The position numbers were made by a program, and so were the translations under genes. A stretch of DNA of 64,000 bases from Halioglobus sp. Its GTDB lineage: Bacteria > Pseudomonadota > Gammaproteobacteria > Pseudomonadales > Halieaceae. Within the stretch, counting starts at the first letter, position 1; the number at the start of each line of letters is the position of its first letter. This document shows, in pieces, positions 54,976-64,000 of the stretch. The notes beneath the pieces are model-generated. The model worked only from the letters and a program-made list of their open reading frames with translations, was not told the DNA's origin and made no database searches. Location: positions 4,454-68,453 of the forward strand of contig JARRPM010000010.1 in assembly GCA_037382865.1 (NCBI GenBank), read 5' to 3'.

Positions 54976-55812
54976 TCAGGATTCCCGACCGTGTCCGGCC
55001 GTAAACACCAGCAGCACGTGCCGACTGCGATCGAGCGCTGCGCTGGGTCGTGCCACGATCCGCGCAAAGGGCTGACCGGGATCGCGCTCCACCTCGCTCA
55101 CCACGGCGACGGGATAACCGACGGGAAATCTTCCGCCGAGGCCCGAGGTGACCAGCAGGTCACCTTCGCGGATATCGGTGGTGGCGGCCACGTGGTGAAC
55201 CTCCAGCATGCCGAGGACTCCGGTACCCTCGGCGATCGCACGCACGCCGTTACGGTTGACCTGCACCGGGATGGAGTGGGTGGCATCGGTGATCAGCATG
55301 GCGCGGGAACTGATGGAGCTGACCTCGACGATCTGCCCCAGCAGGCCGTCCGCATCGATCAGCGGCTGCCCCACGAAAACGCCATCCTGCTCCCCCTTGT
55401 TGAGGACCAGCAGGTGGCGCATGGGGTCGGGGGACACGCCGATCAGCTCGGCGACAAGCACGTCGTCGCGCAGCAGGGCGGAGGAGTTCAGCAGGGCGCG
55501 CAGGCGCACGTTCTCGGCCTGCAGCGAGGCCATCTGGTGAGAGCGCCCCTGCAGCACCAGGTTTTCACGCCGCAGCCGGGCGTTTTCCTCCAGCAGCTGT
55601 GAGCGCGACTGCACGTGGGCCTCGCTCCAGTCGCCCAGGCGCGAGGGCAGGTCGGCTATCCAGTAAACGGGGGTGGCGGCAGCCGCCAGCACGGCGCGCG
55701 TGTTCCGCAGCGCGTTGAAATGCAGGTCTGCGGTAATCAGGCCGACTACCGCCAGCGTCGCCAGCAGTATGGGCCACCCGAGGTGGGACTGTTTGACAAA
55801 TAGCGGCTTGAT
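54976..55812 (-). CDS. mreC: Rod shape-determining protein MreC (conserved N-terminus begins at a non-canonical ATC codon)
   Basis: The track ORF (GTG 55692) lacks the membrane anchor. The same frame upstream reads I-KPLFVKQSHLGWPILLATLAVVGLITADLHFNALRNTRAVLAAAATP, which is the canonical MKPLF... N-terminus plus TM helix. A GGAG lies 6 nt upstream of ATC 55812 and an in-frame TGA lies four codons further up. The minimal alternative is 54976..55692. Confidence 0.8.
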   Translation of the reverse strand: MKPLFVKQSHLGWPILLATLAVVGLITADLHFNALRNTRAVLAAAATPVYWIADLPSRLGDWSEAHVQSRSQLLEENARLRRENLVLQGRSHQMASLQAENVRLRALLNSSALLRDDVLVAELIGVSPDPMRHLLVLNKGEQDGVFVGQPLIDADGLLGQIVEVSSISSRAMLITDATHSIPVQVNRNGVRAIAEGTGVLGMLEVHHVAATTDIREGDLLVTSGLGGRFPVGYPVAVVSEVERDPGQPFARIVARPSAALDRSRHVLLVFTAGHGRES

Positions 55813-55842
55813 GTCGTCTCCTCAGCACGCCGCGCGGGGCAG

Positions 55843-56889
<1,047 letters not shown>

Positions 56890-57128
56890 CTACCCTGTGA
56901 ATACAACGGGGAACCCCTCTGCGGAGTCCTGCAAGCTTCCCCTACCCTCTACCCCAGGTCGGGCCTGGCCGGGTCGGGATGTGACCTGGGGAGAAGGTGG
57001 CAAAGGTCGTTTTTTTGGAGTTCTATGAATCCGGCAACTGTACCAACCGCGGGGATTTTGGGCAAGGCGCAAATATGATAAGTTTACGCCCCCGCTGCCT
57101 GCGAGGCAGCCCTCTCCGGTTTGAAACC

Positions 57129-57416
57129 ATGGCTATAGAGCAAGACGAAATTGAGAAGATTGCGGCATTGGCGCGCATCCGGATCAGCGACGACCAGATC
57201 GTGCAGGTTACCCGCCGCATCTCGGAGATCCTGCACATGGTCGACCAGCTGCAGGCGGTGGACACCAGCCAGGTGGAACCGCTGGCCAATCCCCTGGACG
57301 CGACCCAGCGGCTGCGCCCGGACCAGGTCACAGAGGACAACCGGCGTGACGCCTTCCAGGCCATTGCGCCGGCGGTCGAGAACGGCCTCTATCTCGTTCC
57401 CAAAGTCATTGAATAG
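57129..57416 (+). CDS. gatC: Asp/Glu-tRNA(Asn/Gln) amidotransferase subunit C
   Basis: ATG 57129, 95 aa. [24 protein letters not shown]...YLVPKVIE. Confidence 0.92.
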   Translation: MAIEQDEIEKIAALARIRISDDQIVQVTRRISEILHMVDQLQAVDTSQVEPLANPLDATQRLRPDQVTEDNRRDAFQAIAPAVENGLYLVPKVIE

Positions 57417-57445
57417 GCGGCCGCGACCGTCCCGGTATATCCTCC

Positions 57446-58912
57446 ATGCATGATTACTCTGTCGCCCGCCTCGTCCGCGGGCTGCGCGAGAAACAGTTTT
57501 CCAGTGTCGAACTGACCGAGTGCTTCCTGCGGCGTGTCGCGGAACAGGACCGCCACTACAACAGCTTCATCAGTGTCGATGAGGCCGCCGCCCTGGAAGC
57601 GGCGGCGGCCGCTGACCAGCGCATCGGCCGCGGCGAGGGCGGCATCCTGGCCGGCGTACCGATCGCCCACAAGGACATCTTCTGCACCCGCGGCCTGCGC
57701 ACCAGCTGCGGCTCGCGCATGCTGGACAATTTCGTCCCCCCCTACGATGCCACCCTGATCCAGCGCTGCAACCGGGACGGGGCTGTTATTCTCGGCAAAA
57801 CCAACATGGACGAGTTCGCGATGGGTTCGTCCAACGAAAACAGCTTCTACGGGCCGGTGAAAAACCCCTGGGATACCTCCCTGGTACCCGGCGGCTCTTC
57901 CGGTGGCTCAGCCGCCGCCGTGGCCGCCCGCCTTGCGCCGGCGGCGACCGGCACCGATACCGGCGGCTCCATCCGCCAGCCGGCCGCCTTCTGCGGTATC
58001 ACCGGGCTCAAGCCCACCTACGGCCGGGTATCGCGACTGGGCATGGTGGCGTTTGCCTCCAGCCTCGACCAGGCAGGCCCCATGGCGCGAAGCGCCGAGG
58101 ACTGCGCCCTGCTGCTCAACGTCATGGCGGGCCACGACCCCCTCGACTCCACCTCATCGGAGGTGGAGCCCGTCGATTACACCGCGGGCCTGGAAAATAG
58201 CCTCGAGGGACTGCGTATCGGCCTGCCCAAAGAGTATTTCGGCGAGGGGCTCGACCCCGCGACCGGCGAGTGCATCCAGGCGGCGCTGGGGGAGCTGGAG
58301 GCGCTGGGCGCCACCCTTGTGGAGCTCTCCCTGCCCCACACTGAACTGACCATCCCGACCTACTACGTGATCGCCCCGGCGGAGGCGTCCACCAACCTCT
58401 CGCGCTATGACGGGGTCCGTTACGGCTACCGCTGCGAGAATCCGGCGGATCTCTACGACCTTTACACGCGCACCCGCGAGGAGGGTTTCGGCGACGAGGT
58501 GAAGCGCCGCATCCTGGTGGGGACCTACGCACTTTCCGCCGGTTACTACGACGCCTACTACAAAAAAGCCCAGCAGGTCCGCCGCCTGATCAAGCAGGAT
58601 TTTACCGACGGCTTCGAACAGGTGGACGTGATCGCCGGTCCGACCACACCCGGCCCCGCCTTTCCAATCGGCGCCAAGGCCGATGACCCGGTGGCCATGT
58701 ACCTGGAGGATGTCTACACCCTCGCCGTGAACCTTGCCGGACTGCCGGGCATGTCCGTTCCCGCCGGTTTCGTCGGGGGCAGGCCGGTGGGCCTGCAACT
58801 GATCGGGCGCCACTTCGAGGAGGCGAGGCTGCTCAACGTGGCCCACCGCTACCAGCAGGCCACCGACTGGCACCTGCAGGCACCGGCAGCCGTCACAGGA
58901 GGACAACCCTGA
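57446..58912 (+). CDS. gatA: Asp/Glu-tRNA(Asn/Gln) amidotransferase subunit A
   Basis: 488 aa. The amidase signature is [13 protein letters not shown]. Confidence 0.96.
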   Translation: MHDYSVARLVRGLREKQFSSVELTECFLRRVAEQDRHYNSFISVDEAAALEAAAAADQRIGRGEGGILAGVPIAHKDIFCTRGLRTSCGSRMLDNFVPPYDATLIQRCNRDGAVILGKTNMDEFAMGSSNENSFYGPVKNPWDTSLVPGGSSGGSAAAVAARLAPAATGTDTGGSIRQPAAFCGITGLKPTYGRVSRLGMVAFASSLDQAGPMARSAEDCALLLNVMAGHDPLDSTSSEVEPVDYTAGLENSLEGLRIGLPKEYFGEGLDPATGECIQAALGELEALGATLVELSLPHTELTIPTYYVIAPAEASTNLSRYDGVRYGYRCENPADLYDLYTRTREEGFGDEVKRRILVGTYALSAGYYDAYYKKAQQVRRLIKQDFTDGFEQVDVIAGPTTPGPAFPIGAKADDPVAMYLEDVYTLAVNLAGLPGMSVPAGFVGGRPVGLQLIGRHFEEARLLNVAHRYQQATDWHLQAPAAVTGGQP

Positions 58913-60354
58913 TGCAGTGGGAAACCGTTATCGGGCTCGAGGTGCACCTGCAGCTGGCCACCCGCTCCAAAATTTTTTCGGGCTCCTCGACCACATTCGG
59001 GGCCGAACCCAATACCCAGGCCAGCGCCGTCGACCTGGCCATGCCGGGTATGCTGCCGGTGCTCAATGAACAGGCGGTGCGCTTTGCGGTCATGTTCGGC
59101 CTGGGAATCGGCGCCGAGATCGCCACCCGCTCGGTGTTCGATCGCAAGAACTACTTCTACCCGGACCTACCCAAAGGGTACCAGATCAGCCAGTTCCAGC
59201 ACCCGACCGTCGGCCGCGGCCACTTCGAAATCCAGCTGGAGGACGGCACGACGAGGGAGATCGGCATCACCCGCGCCCACCTGGAGGAGGACGCCGGCAA
59301 ATCCCTGCACGAGGACTTCCACGGCCAGACCGGAATCGACCTGAACCGGGCGGGCACGCCGCTGCTCGAGATCGTCAGCGAACCTGACATCCGCAGCGCC
59401 GCGGAGGCGGTCGCCTTCCTCAAGGGCCTGCACAGCCTGGTGACCTATCTCGGCATATCCGACGGCAACATGGCGGAGGGGTCGATGCGCTGCGACATCA
59501 ACCTGTCGCTGCGCCCGTCGGGCTCCAGCGAGCTCGGCACCCGGGCGGAGATCAAGAACGTCAACTCCTTCCGCTTCGTCGAGCGGGCCATCCGCCACGA
59601 GACGGAGCGGCAGGCGGATATCCTCGAAGACGGCGGCAGGATCGTGCAGGAGACCCGGCTGTACGACGCGGATCGGGACGAAACCCGCCCCATGCGCAGC
59701 AAGGAGGTGGCCAACGACTACCGTTACTTCCCGGAACCCGACCTGTTGCCGGTCGTTATCGACCAGGCGTACATCGACGACATCCGAGGCCAGCTGCCGG
59801 AACTCCCGACGGAAAAGCGCCACCGGTTCGTCGAGCAGTACGGGCTGGGCAGCTATGACGCCAGCGTGCTTTCCGACAGCCGCCCCCTGGCGGACTACTT
59901 CGAGGCGGTAACCGCCACCTGCGGGGACGCCAAGATCGCGGCCAACTGGGTCCAGGTGGAGCTGCTCGGACAGCTCAACCGCAGCGAGCTGGCAATCGGG
60001 CAGTGCCCGGTTCCCGCCCCTGAACTCGGGGGCCTGATCCGCAGGATCCTGGACAACAGCATCTCCGGTAAAATCGCCAAACAGGTGTTCGAGGCGATGT
60101 GGCAGGGTGAAGGCAGCGCCGACGATATCATCGAGGCCAGGGGCCTCAGGCAGGTCAGTGACAGCGGCGCGCTGGAGGCCATGGTGGACGAGGTGATCGC
60201 CGCCAATCCGGCGCAGGTGGAGCAGTACCTGGCCGCGGACGACGCGAAGCGCAAGAAGCTGGTCGGCTTCTTCGTGGGCCAGGTGATGAAGGTATCGAAG
60301 GGCCAGGCCAACCCGCAGATGGTCAACCAGCTGCTGGCGAAAAAACTGGTATAG
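58912..60354 (+). CDS. gatB: Asp/Glu-tRNA(Asn/Gln) amidotransferase subunit B
   Basis: 480 aa. [24 protein letters not shown]. The start overlaps the gatA stop (TGATG). Confidence 0.96.
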   Translation: MQWETVIGLEVHLQLATRSKIFSGSSTTFGAEPNTQASAVDLAMPGMLPVLNEQAVRFAVMFGLGIGAEIATRSVFDRKNYFYPDLPKGYQISQFQHPTVGRGHFEIQLEDGTTREIGITRAHLEEDAGKSLHEDFHGQTGIDLNRAGTPLLEIVSEPDIRSAAEAVAFLKGLHSLVTYLGISDGNMAEGSMRCDINLSLRPSGSSELGTRAEIKNVNSFRFVERAIRHETERQADILEDGGRIVQETRLYDADRDETRPMRSKEVANDYRYFPEPDLLPVVIDQAYIDDIRGQLPELPTEKRHRFVEQYGLGSYDASVLSDSRPLADYFEAVTATCGDAKIAANWVQVELLGQLNRSELAIGQCPVPAPELGGLIRRILDNSISGKIAKQVFEAMWQGEGSADDIIEARGLRQVSDSGALEAMVDEVIAANPAQVEQYLAADDAKRKKLVGFFVGQVMKVSKGQANPQMVNQLLAKKLV

Positions 60355-60370
60355 AGAGGGGACTGCCTCC

Positions 60371-60661
60371 ATGAGAAAAGACAAGGAAAAGGTCCTCGAC
60401 GAGGTCTGGACCGAGGACCACGTGCGAAGCTTCCTGAACGTGCGGCCGCACGACGGCAGCGACGAGGACTTCCACATGCTGCTGAAAGCCTACCAGAGCA
60501 TGCGGGTGGAGGATTTCGAGCTGTTCGTGCAGTTCTTCTGCGGTGAAAACCGCAACCTCAACGCCACGGGCCGGGACGGGCGTTCGGTGCTGGAGATCGT
60601 CAGCACCCACCGGCACGGGGTCGAATACGCGGAGATTCTGCGGGCGGCGGGGGCCGGCTGA
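60371..60661 (+). CDS. Small conserved hypothetical protein (function unknown)
   Basis: 96-aa ORF 17 nt downstream of gatB on the same strand. Its composition looks protein-like (MRKDKEKVLDEVWTEDHVRSFLNVRPHDGSDEDFHMLLKAYQSMRVEDFELFVQFF...), unlike the GC-junk ORFs. I do not recognise a domain. Confidence 0.6.
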   Translation: MRKDKEKVLDEVWTEDHVRSFLNVRPHDGSDEDFHMLLKAYQSMRVEDFELFVQFFCGENRNLNATGRDGRSVLEIVSTHRHGVEYAEILRAAGAG

Positions 60662-60877
60662 AATGCTCTCCGCGCACTAAGAAACGTCCGCCGCTCAAAC
60701 AACAGATGCTGTAATTTTGTGCTCCGAAATCGTTGATTGAAGAAGTTGGTCTGTGTCTCTGCTCGCCGGCCGGTGCTCGGACCGTCTTCCGGCATCAAGG
60801 CAGCTATTTCGGCCTGCTTCGTTACCGATCTTTCAACATTCGAGAATTTTCCGGAGAAACGTAAGAGTCTTGCCGGC

Positions 60878-61071
60878 CACCATGCGTAATACGGCCCGAA
60901 AGGGCCATAGCGCCCCCGGGCAAATTGGCTGCTGCGCAACTCGACCAAAAATTGCTTCGCAATTTTTCGGGACTCGAACAGTGCTCCGGTGTGCCGGACC
61001 AGCAGAGAGCCCCAATTTGCCCGGCGGCGCTGAGCATGACCTGATATTTTCGGGCCGTATTACGCATGGTG
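60878..61071. repeat. Nested-palindrome MITE/ERIC-like element, copy 1 (194 bp)
   Basis: Perfect 24-bp terminal inverted repeat: caccatgcgtaatacggcccgaaa (60878-60901) and tttcgggccgtattacgcatggtg (61048-61071). Internal inverted pairs are ccgggcaaattgg/ccaatttgcccgg and the hairpin aaaaattgc-ttc-gcaattttt (60947-60967). The core is homologous to copy 2 in inverse orientation. Confidence 0.85.
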
Positions 61072-61156
61072 TCCTCCCATCGAGCAGTAAACATTTTTCA
61101 CATATCGCGCACTTGTTAGTCTTCTTGGGTCGTATTTTTCTTCCTGCTGGTTGGTA

Positions 61157-61430
61157 GGCCGCTGCCTGGCCTTTATCCCGAAAATATCAGGCCTCGCTTA
61201 GCGCAGGCAACCGATTCGGGGCTCTCTGCTGGTCCGGCACACCGGAGCACTGTCCGAGTCCCACAAAATGCGACAGCATTTTGGACGACCTTTAGGTCGC
61301 CCGAAGGGTGAGAACACGCCTCAGCGTGTTCGAATCAATTTTTCGCGCAGCGAAAAATGGTCGAGTTGCGCAGCAGCCGAATCGGTTGCCGGAGCTGAGG
61401 CCCTTTCGGGATAAAGGCCAGGCAGTGGCC
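61157..61430. repeat. Nested-palindrome MITE/ERIC-like element, copy 2 (274 bp, inverted relative to copy 1)
   Basis: 27-bp terminal inverted repeat with one mismatch: ggccgctgcctggcctttatcccgaaa (61157-61183) and tttcgggataaaggccaggcagtggcc (61404-61430). Blocks shared with copy 1 are 61218-61262 = rc 60969-61013 (44/45), 61358-61378 = rc 60927-60947 (21/21), and 61177-61191 = rc 61040-61054 (15/15). An extra ~90-nt module of four hairpins lies at 61264-61358. Confidence 0.85.
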
Positions 61431-61475
61431 GACGTTGGCAACAGAAAACTCCATAGGAAACGAGGAATCCAACGC

Positions 61476-62087
61476 TCAAACCGGATCGTAAGGCACCCGC
61501 CCCTTCATGAACCGCTCACGGTTCTCGCGTTTTTTCTCCTCGCTCTTGCGCAGCAGGACATAGACCGCGCCGGTGCCGCCGTGGCGGGGCTGGGCGCTGT
61601 GGAAGGCCTGCACCGTGTCCAGTTGGCGCAGCCAGTGGTCGGTGCAGCCCTTGAGGATGGAGCTGCGTTCCCGCTCCGCCTTGCTCTCCCCCTTGCCGTG
61701 GATGATCAGTGCGCTGCGGATACCCAGCTGATAGGACTCCTCCACGAATTCGAACAATTCCCGGCGGGCCTTTGCCGCGGTCATGCGATGCAGGTCCAGC
61801 CTGGCCTCCGCCTCGTAGCGGCCCTGTTTCAGCTTGCGGAAGACGCCGTTCTGGACGCCGGGTCGCTTGAACGCCAGCACATACCACGGATCCAGCGGCG
61901 TGATGCCCTCCTCCGTGAGGATGTTGCGATCGCGCGCCTCCCCCTGCACCGCGGCGAGCCGCCGCCGCTCTAGAGAGGGGTCTTCCGGGGCCGGGCCGGC
62001 ACCGGGCTTGCGGACCCGGGGCTCTCTCCTGAGGGGCACCACGTCGGCCATCTCCTCGAGAAACAGATTCTCCTCGTCACTGGTCAT
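61476..62087 (-). CDS. smrA: Smr-domain protein (SmrA-like endonuclease)
   Basis: 203 aa. The C-terminal Smr domain reads LDLHRMTAAKARRELFEFVEES...ALIIHGKG...GGTGAVYVLLRK. Confidence 0.85.
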   Translation of the reverse strand: MTSDEENLFLEEMADVVPLRREPRVRKPGAGPAPEDPSLERRRLAAVQGEARDRNILTEEGITPLDPWYVLAFKRPGVQNGVFRKLKQGRYEAEARLDLHRMTAAKARRELFEFVEESYQLGIRSALIIHGKGESKAERERSSILKGCTDHWLRQLDTVQAFHSAQPRHGGTGAVYVLLRKSEEKKRENRERFMKGRVPYDPV

Positions 62088-62151
62088 ACTTACACCCCCC
62101 CGCCAGTCCGCTATTATAACGCCTCATCCAGAAACAGGGACGGACCCCCAT

Positions 62152-62364
62152 TTGGACACCGAATCGGACGAAAAAATCTGCCCGCTGTGCGGCGCAGACA
62201 ATCAGTGCGCCATGAGCGCGGATCATCCGGTAGCGAGGTGCTGGTGTGCGAGTGTGACGATCAGCGCCGCCACTTTGGCGGCGATACCGCCGCGGGACAG
62301 GGGGCGGCGCTGCATTTGCCCGGGTTGTGCCGCCCGGGGTGAGGAGACGACCGATGCAGGGTAA
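62152..62364 (+). CDS. Small cysteine-rich CWC-family protein
   Basis: The in-frame C-terminal part of track ORF 61834..62364 reads (TTG)DTESDEKICPLCGADNQCAMSADHPVARCWCASVTISAATLAAIPPRDRGRRCICPGCAARG. Its CPxCG...C...CWC...CxCxxC spacing matches the Cys_rich_CWC pattern. The start is uncertain: TTG 62152 is the only canonical start downstream of divergent smrA. Confidence 0.55.
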   Translation: MDTESDEKICPLCGADNQCAMSADHPVARCWCASVTISAATLAAIPPRDRGRRCICPGCAARGEETTDAG

Positions 62365-63103
62365 CCTGATGCTGGGAGCGGGCTACCTGGTCCGGGGCGC
62401 TAAACTGCTGACCCACCCAGCCCTGCGCCTGTTCGTGATCATTCCGCTGCTGGTCAACATCCTCATCTTCGGCTCGTTTGTCGGCTTCGGCATCACCTAC
62501 CTGGGGGGACTGATGGATCGGTGGCTCGCCGGCATCCCCCAGTGGCTGGATTTCATTCGCTGGATTCTCTGGCCACTGATCGCCCTGACCCTCGGTTTGA
62601 TAACGGGCTACCTGTTTACCGCGGTCGCGGTGCTTATCGCCTCCCCCTTCAACGCCCTGCTCGCCGAGAAAGCGGAGGAGCTGATCACCGGGCGGGAAGT
62701 CGCGGGACTGGAGGGGCTCGGGGCCGCATTGATGGGCGTGCCGCGGGGCGTCCTGCGGGAGATCGCCAAGCTGCTTTACTATGTGCCCATGGCACTGCTG
62801 GTGCTGCTGCTCACGTTTATACCGGGCCTCAACGCCATCTCACCGGTGCTCTGGTTCATGCTGGGGGCCTGGATGATGAGCATCCAGTTCGTGGATTACC
62901 CGATGGACAACCACCAGCTCAGGTTCCGGGATGTGAAAGCGGCGGTGCGGCGCAGGCGCCTGAGCAGCCTCGGCTTCGGCGGGCTGGTGGCCCTCTGCAC
63001 CGGCATCCCGGTCATCAACTTTTTCGTCGTGCCCTCGGCGGTGGTGGGTGCCACCCTGCTGTGGTGCGAGGAGTTGACCTGCGAATCCCACCGCCCTGCG
63101 TAG
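62354..63103 (+). CDS. cysZ: Sulfate transporter CysZ
   Basis: ATG 62354, 249 aa. LRLFVIIPLLVNILIFG and IASPFNALLAEKAEELITG are collinear with E. coli CysZ. Confidence 0.9.
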   Translation: MQGNLMLGAGYLVRGAKLLTHPALRLFVIIPLLVNILIFGSFVGFGITYLGGLMDRWLAGIPQWLDFIRWILWPLIALTLGLITGYLFTAVAVLIASPFNALLAEKAEELITGREVAGLEGLGAALMGVPRGVLREIAKLLYYVPMALLVLLLTFIPGLNAISPVLWFMLGAWMMSIQFVDYPMDNHQLRFRDVKAAVRRRRLSSLGFGGLVALCTGIPVINFFVVPSAVVGATLLWCEELTCESHRPA

Positions 63104-63252
63104 CGAGATGATTCACAGGTGCGTCATGGCGGGCGTTCGCGACCGAACAGCGCGCAGGCACAGCCGGCCCTATGTCGAGCACTCTGACCGGGGGAACGCC
63201 AGGCAGGGCGCGCGGTCGGGCCGTCGCTGCGGGAGGGCGGCGAATTCGCAGG

Positions 63253-64000
63253 TTAAGCCAGTAGCTCCTTCGGCGGGTGGGTGCATTCCAGCCGGGTGCC
63301 CAGCAGTGCTTCCAGGTCGGGGAGCAGGAAGGCGTCGTCCTCGCTGGCAAAACTGATCGAGATGCCGCTGGCACCGGCGCGCCCCGTGCGGCCGATCCGG
63401 TGCACATAATCCTCCGGATCCTCGGGCAGGTTGTAATTCACCACGTGACTGACGCCCTCCACGTGGATCCCGCGCCCGGCCACATCGGTGGCCACAAGGA
63501 CCTTGATATCGCCGTTCTTGAACTGCTCCAGGGTGCGCGTGCGCTTCGCCTGGGGAATTTCCCCGGAGAGCACGCCGCAGGCAATCCCTGACTTGCGCAG
63601 CCGCTCGTGCAGGCGCCGGACCTGGTCGCGACGATTGGCGAAGACGATGACGCTGGTGGCATCCTCGCTGCGCAGCAGGTTGGTGAGCACCCGGTAGCGC
63701 TCCTTGCTGCTCACGAGGTAGATCTTCTGGTCCACGGATTCGGTGGCGACGTGTTCCGGCTCGATCTCGACGCTGATCGGCTCGTAGGTCCACTGCTGGG
63801 AGAGGTTGATGATGTCCTGGGTGAAGGTGGCGGAGAAGAGCAGTGTCTGGCGGTTCTCCTTGCGCGGCGTGGCGCGCACGATCCGCTTGACCTGGGGGAT
63901 GAAACCCATGTCCAGCATGCGGTCGGCCTCGTCCAGCACCAGGATTTCCACATGATCCAGGTAGAGGTCCCGCCGTCCCATGAAATCCAGCAGGCGGCCG
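63253..64000 (-). CDS. DEAD-box ATP-dependent RNA helicase, RhlB-like (3' part; 5' end beyond the window)
   Basis: The frame is open to the right edge. Motifs in order are PGRLLDF-type [14 protein letters not shown] (DEAD), SAT, VFANRR, and [19 protein letters not shown] (motif VI). Confidence 0.9.
   Translation of the reverse strand, partial: GRLLDFMGRRDLYLDHVEILVLDEADRMLDMGFIPQVKRIVRATPRKENRQTLLFSATFTQDIINLSQQWTYEPISVEIEPEHVATESVDQKIYLVSSKERYRVLTNLLRSEDATSVIVFANRRDQVRRLHERLRKSGIACGVLSGEIPQAKRTRTLEQFKNGDIKVLVATDVAGRGIHVEGVSHVVNYNLPEDPEDYVHRIGRTGRAGASGISISFASEDDAFLLPDLEALLGTRLECTHPPKELLA

Noticed and set aside
60969-61013. tRNA- or tmRNA-like look of the conserved repeat core (GGGGCTC... and ...GTTCGAGTCCC on the reverse strand)
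   Set aside because: There is only a T-arm-like string. I could not build a complete acceptor, D or anticodon cloverleaf, or a tmRNA tag-reading-frame architecture. The same block occurs twice within palindromic repeats.
60753-61157. ORFs on both strands that each encode ...MRNTARK... (60753-61157 + and 60822-61094 -)
   Set aside because: The mirrored peptide is a direct result of the perfect 24-bp inverted repeat of repeat copy 1. There is no SD, no coding-like composition, and the ORFs are confined to the palindromic element.
60700-61450. Possible CRISPR array
   Set aside because: There are only two or three copies. They are 190-270 bp long, mutually inverted, internally palindromic and without regular spacers. 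No cas genes are in the window.

Overview
This window is a gene-dense, high-GC (roughly two-thirds G+C by eye) stretch of core chromosome from a gammaproteobacterium. Gene order matches the conserved Pseudomonas / E. coli housekeeping neighbourhoods almost gene for gene.

Order, left to right:
- secA, an M23 peptidase and lpxC, then the complete dcw cluster on the minus strand (ftsZ-ftsA-ftsQ-ddl-murC-murG-ftsW-murD-mraY-murF-murE-ftsI-ftsL-rsmH-mraZ) with its promoter
- RNase P RNA (rnpB) and rsmI
- lpoA-yraN-diaA-dolP
- sspBA, the cytochrome bc1 genes, rpsI-rplM and zapE
- zapG(yhcB)-degS
- hisD-hisG-murA-ibaG-mlaC
- yrbG-kdsDC-lptCAB-rpoN-hpf-ptsN-rapZ-npr-mgtE-yjgA
- yhdP-rng-maf-mreDCB
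- gatCAB
- a repeat-filled gap
- smrA, a small Cys-rich CWC protein and cysZ, and the 3' part of a DEAD-box helicase

I found no rRNA, tRNA, CRISPR array, transposase, integrase, prophage or recognisable defence genes. Most long extra ORFs in the track are antisense artefacts of the GC content.

I see no convincing novel multi-gene system here. The points worth a second look are local anomalies:
1. secA is interrupted by an apparent 59-nt deletion and frameshift.
2. Two inverted copies of a nested-palindrome MITE/ERIC-like element lie at 60.9-61.4 kb.
3. Cytochrome b and c1 are fused in frame.
4. The conserved MreC N-terminus has no canonical start codon (ATC).
5. mlaC stands alone where mlaFEDCB is expected.
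6. A sigma54-like -24/-12 motif overlaps a putative rpoN promoter.
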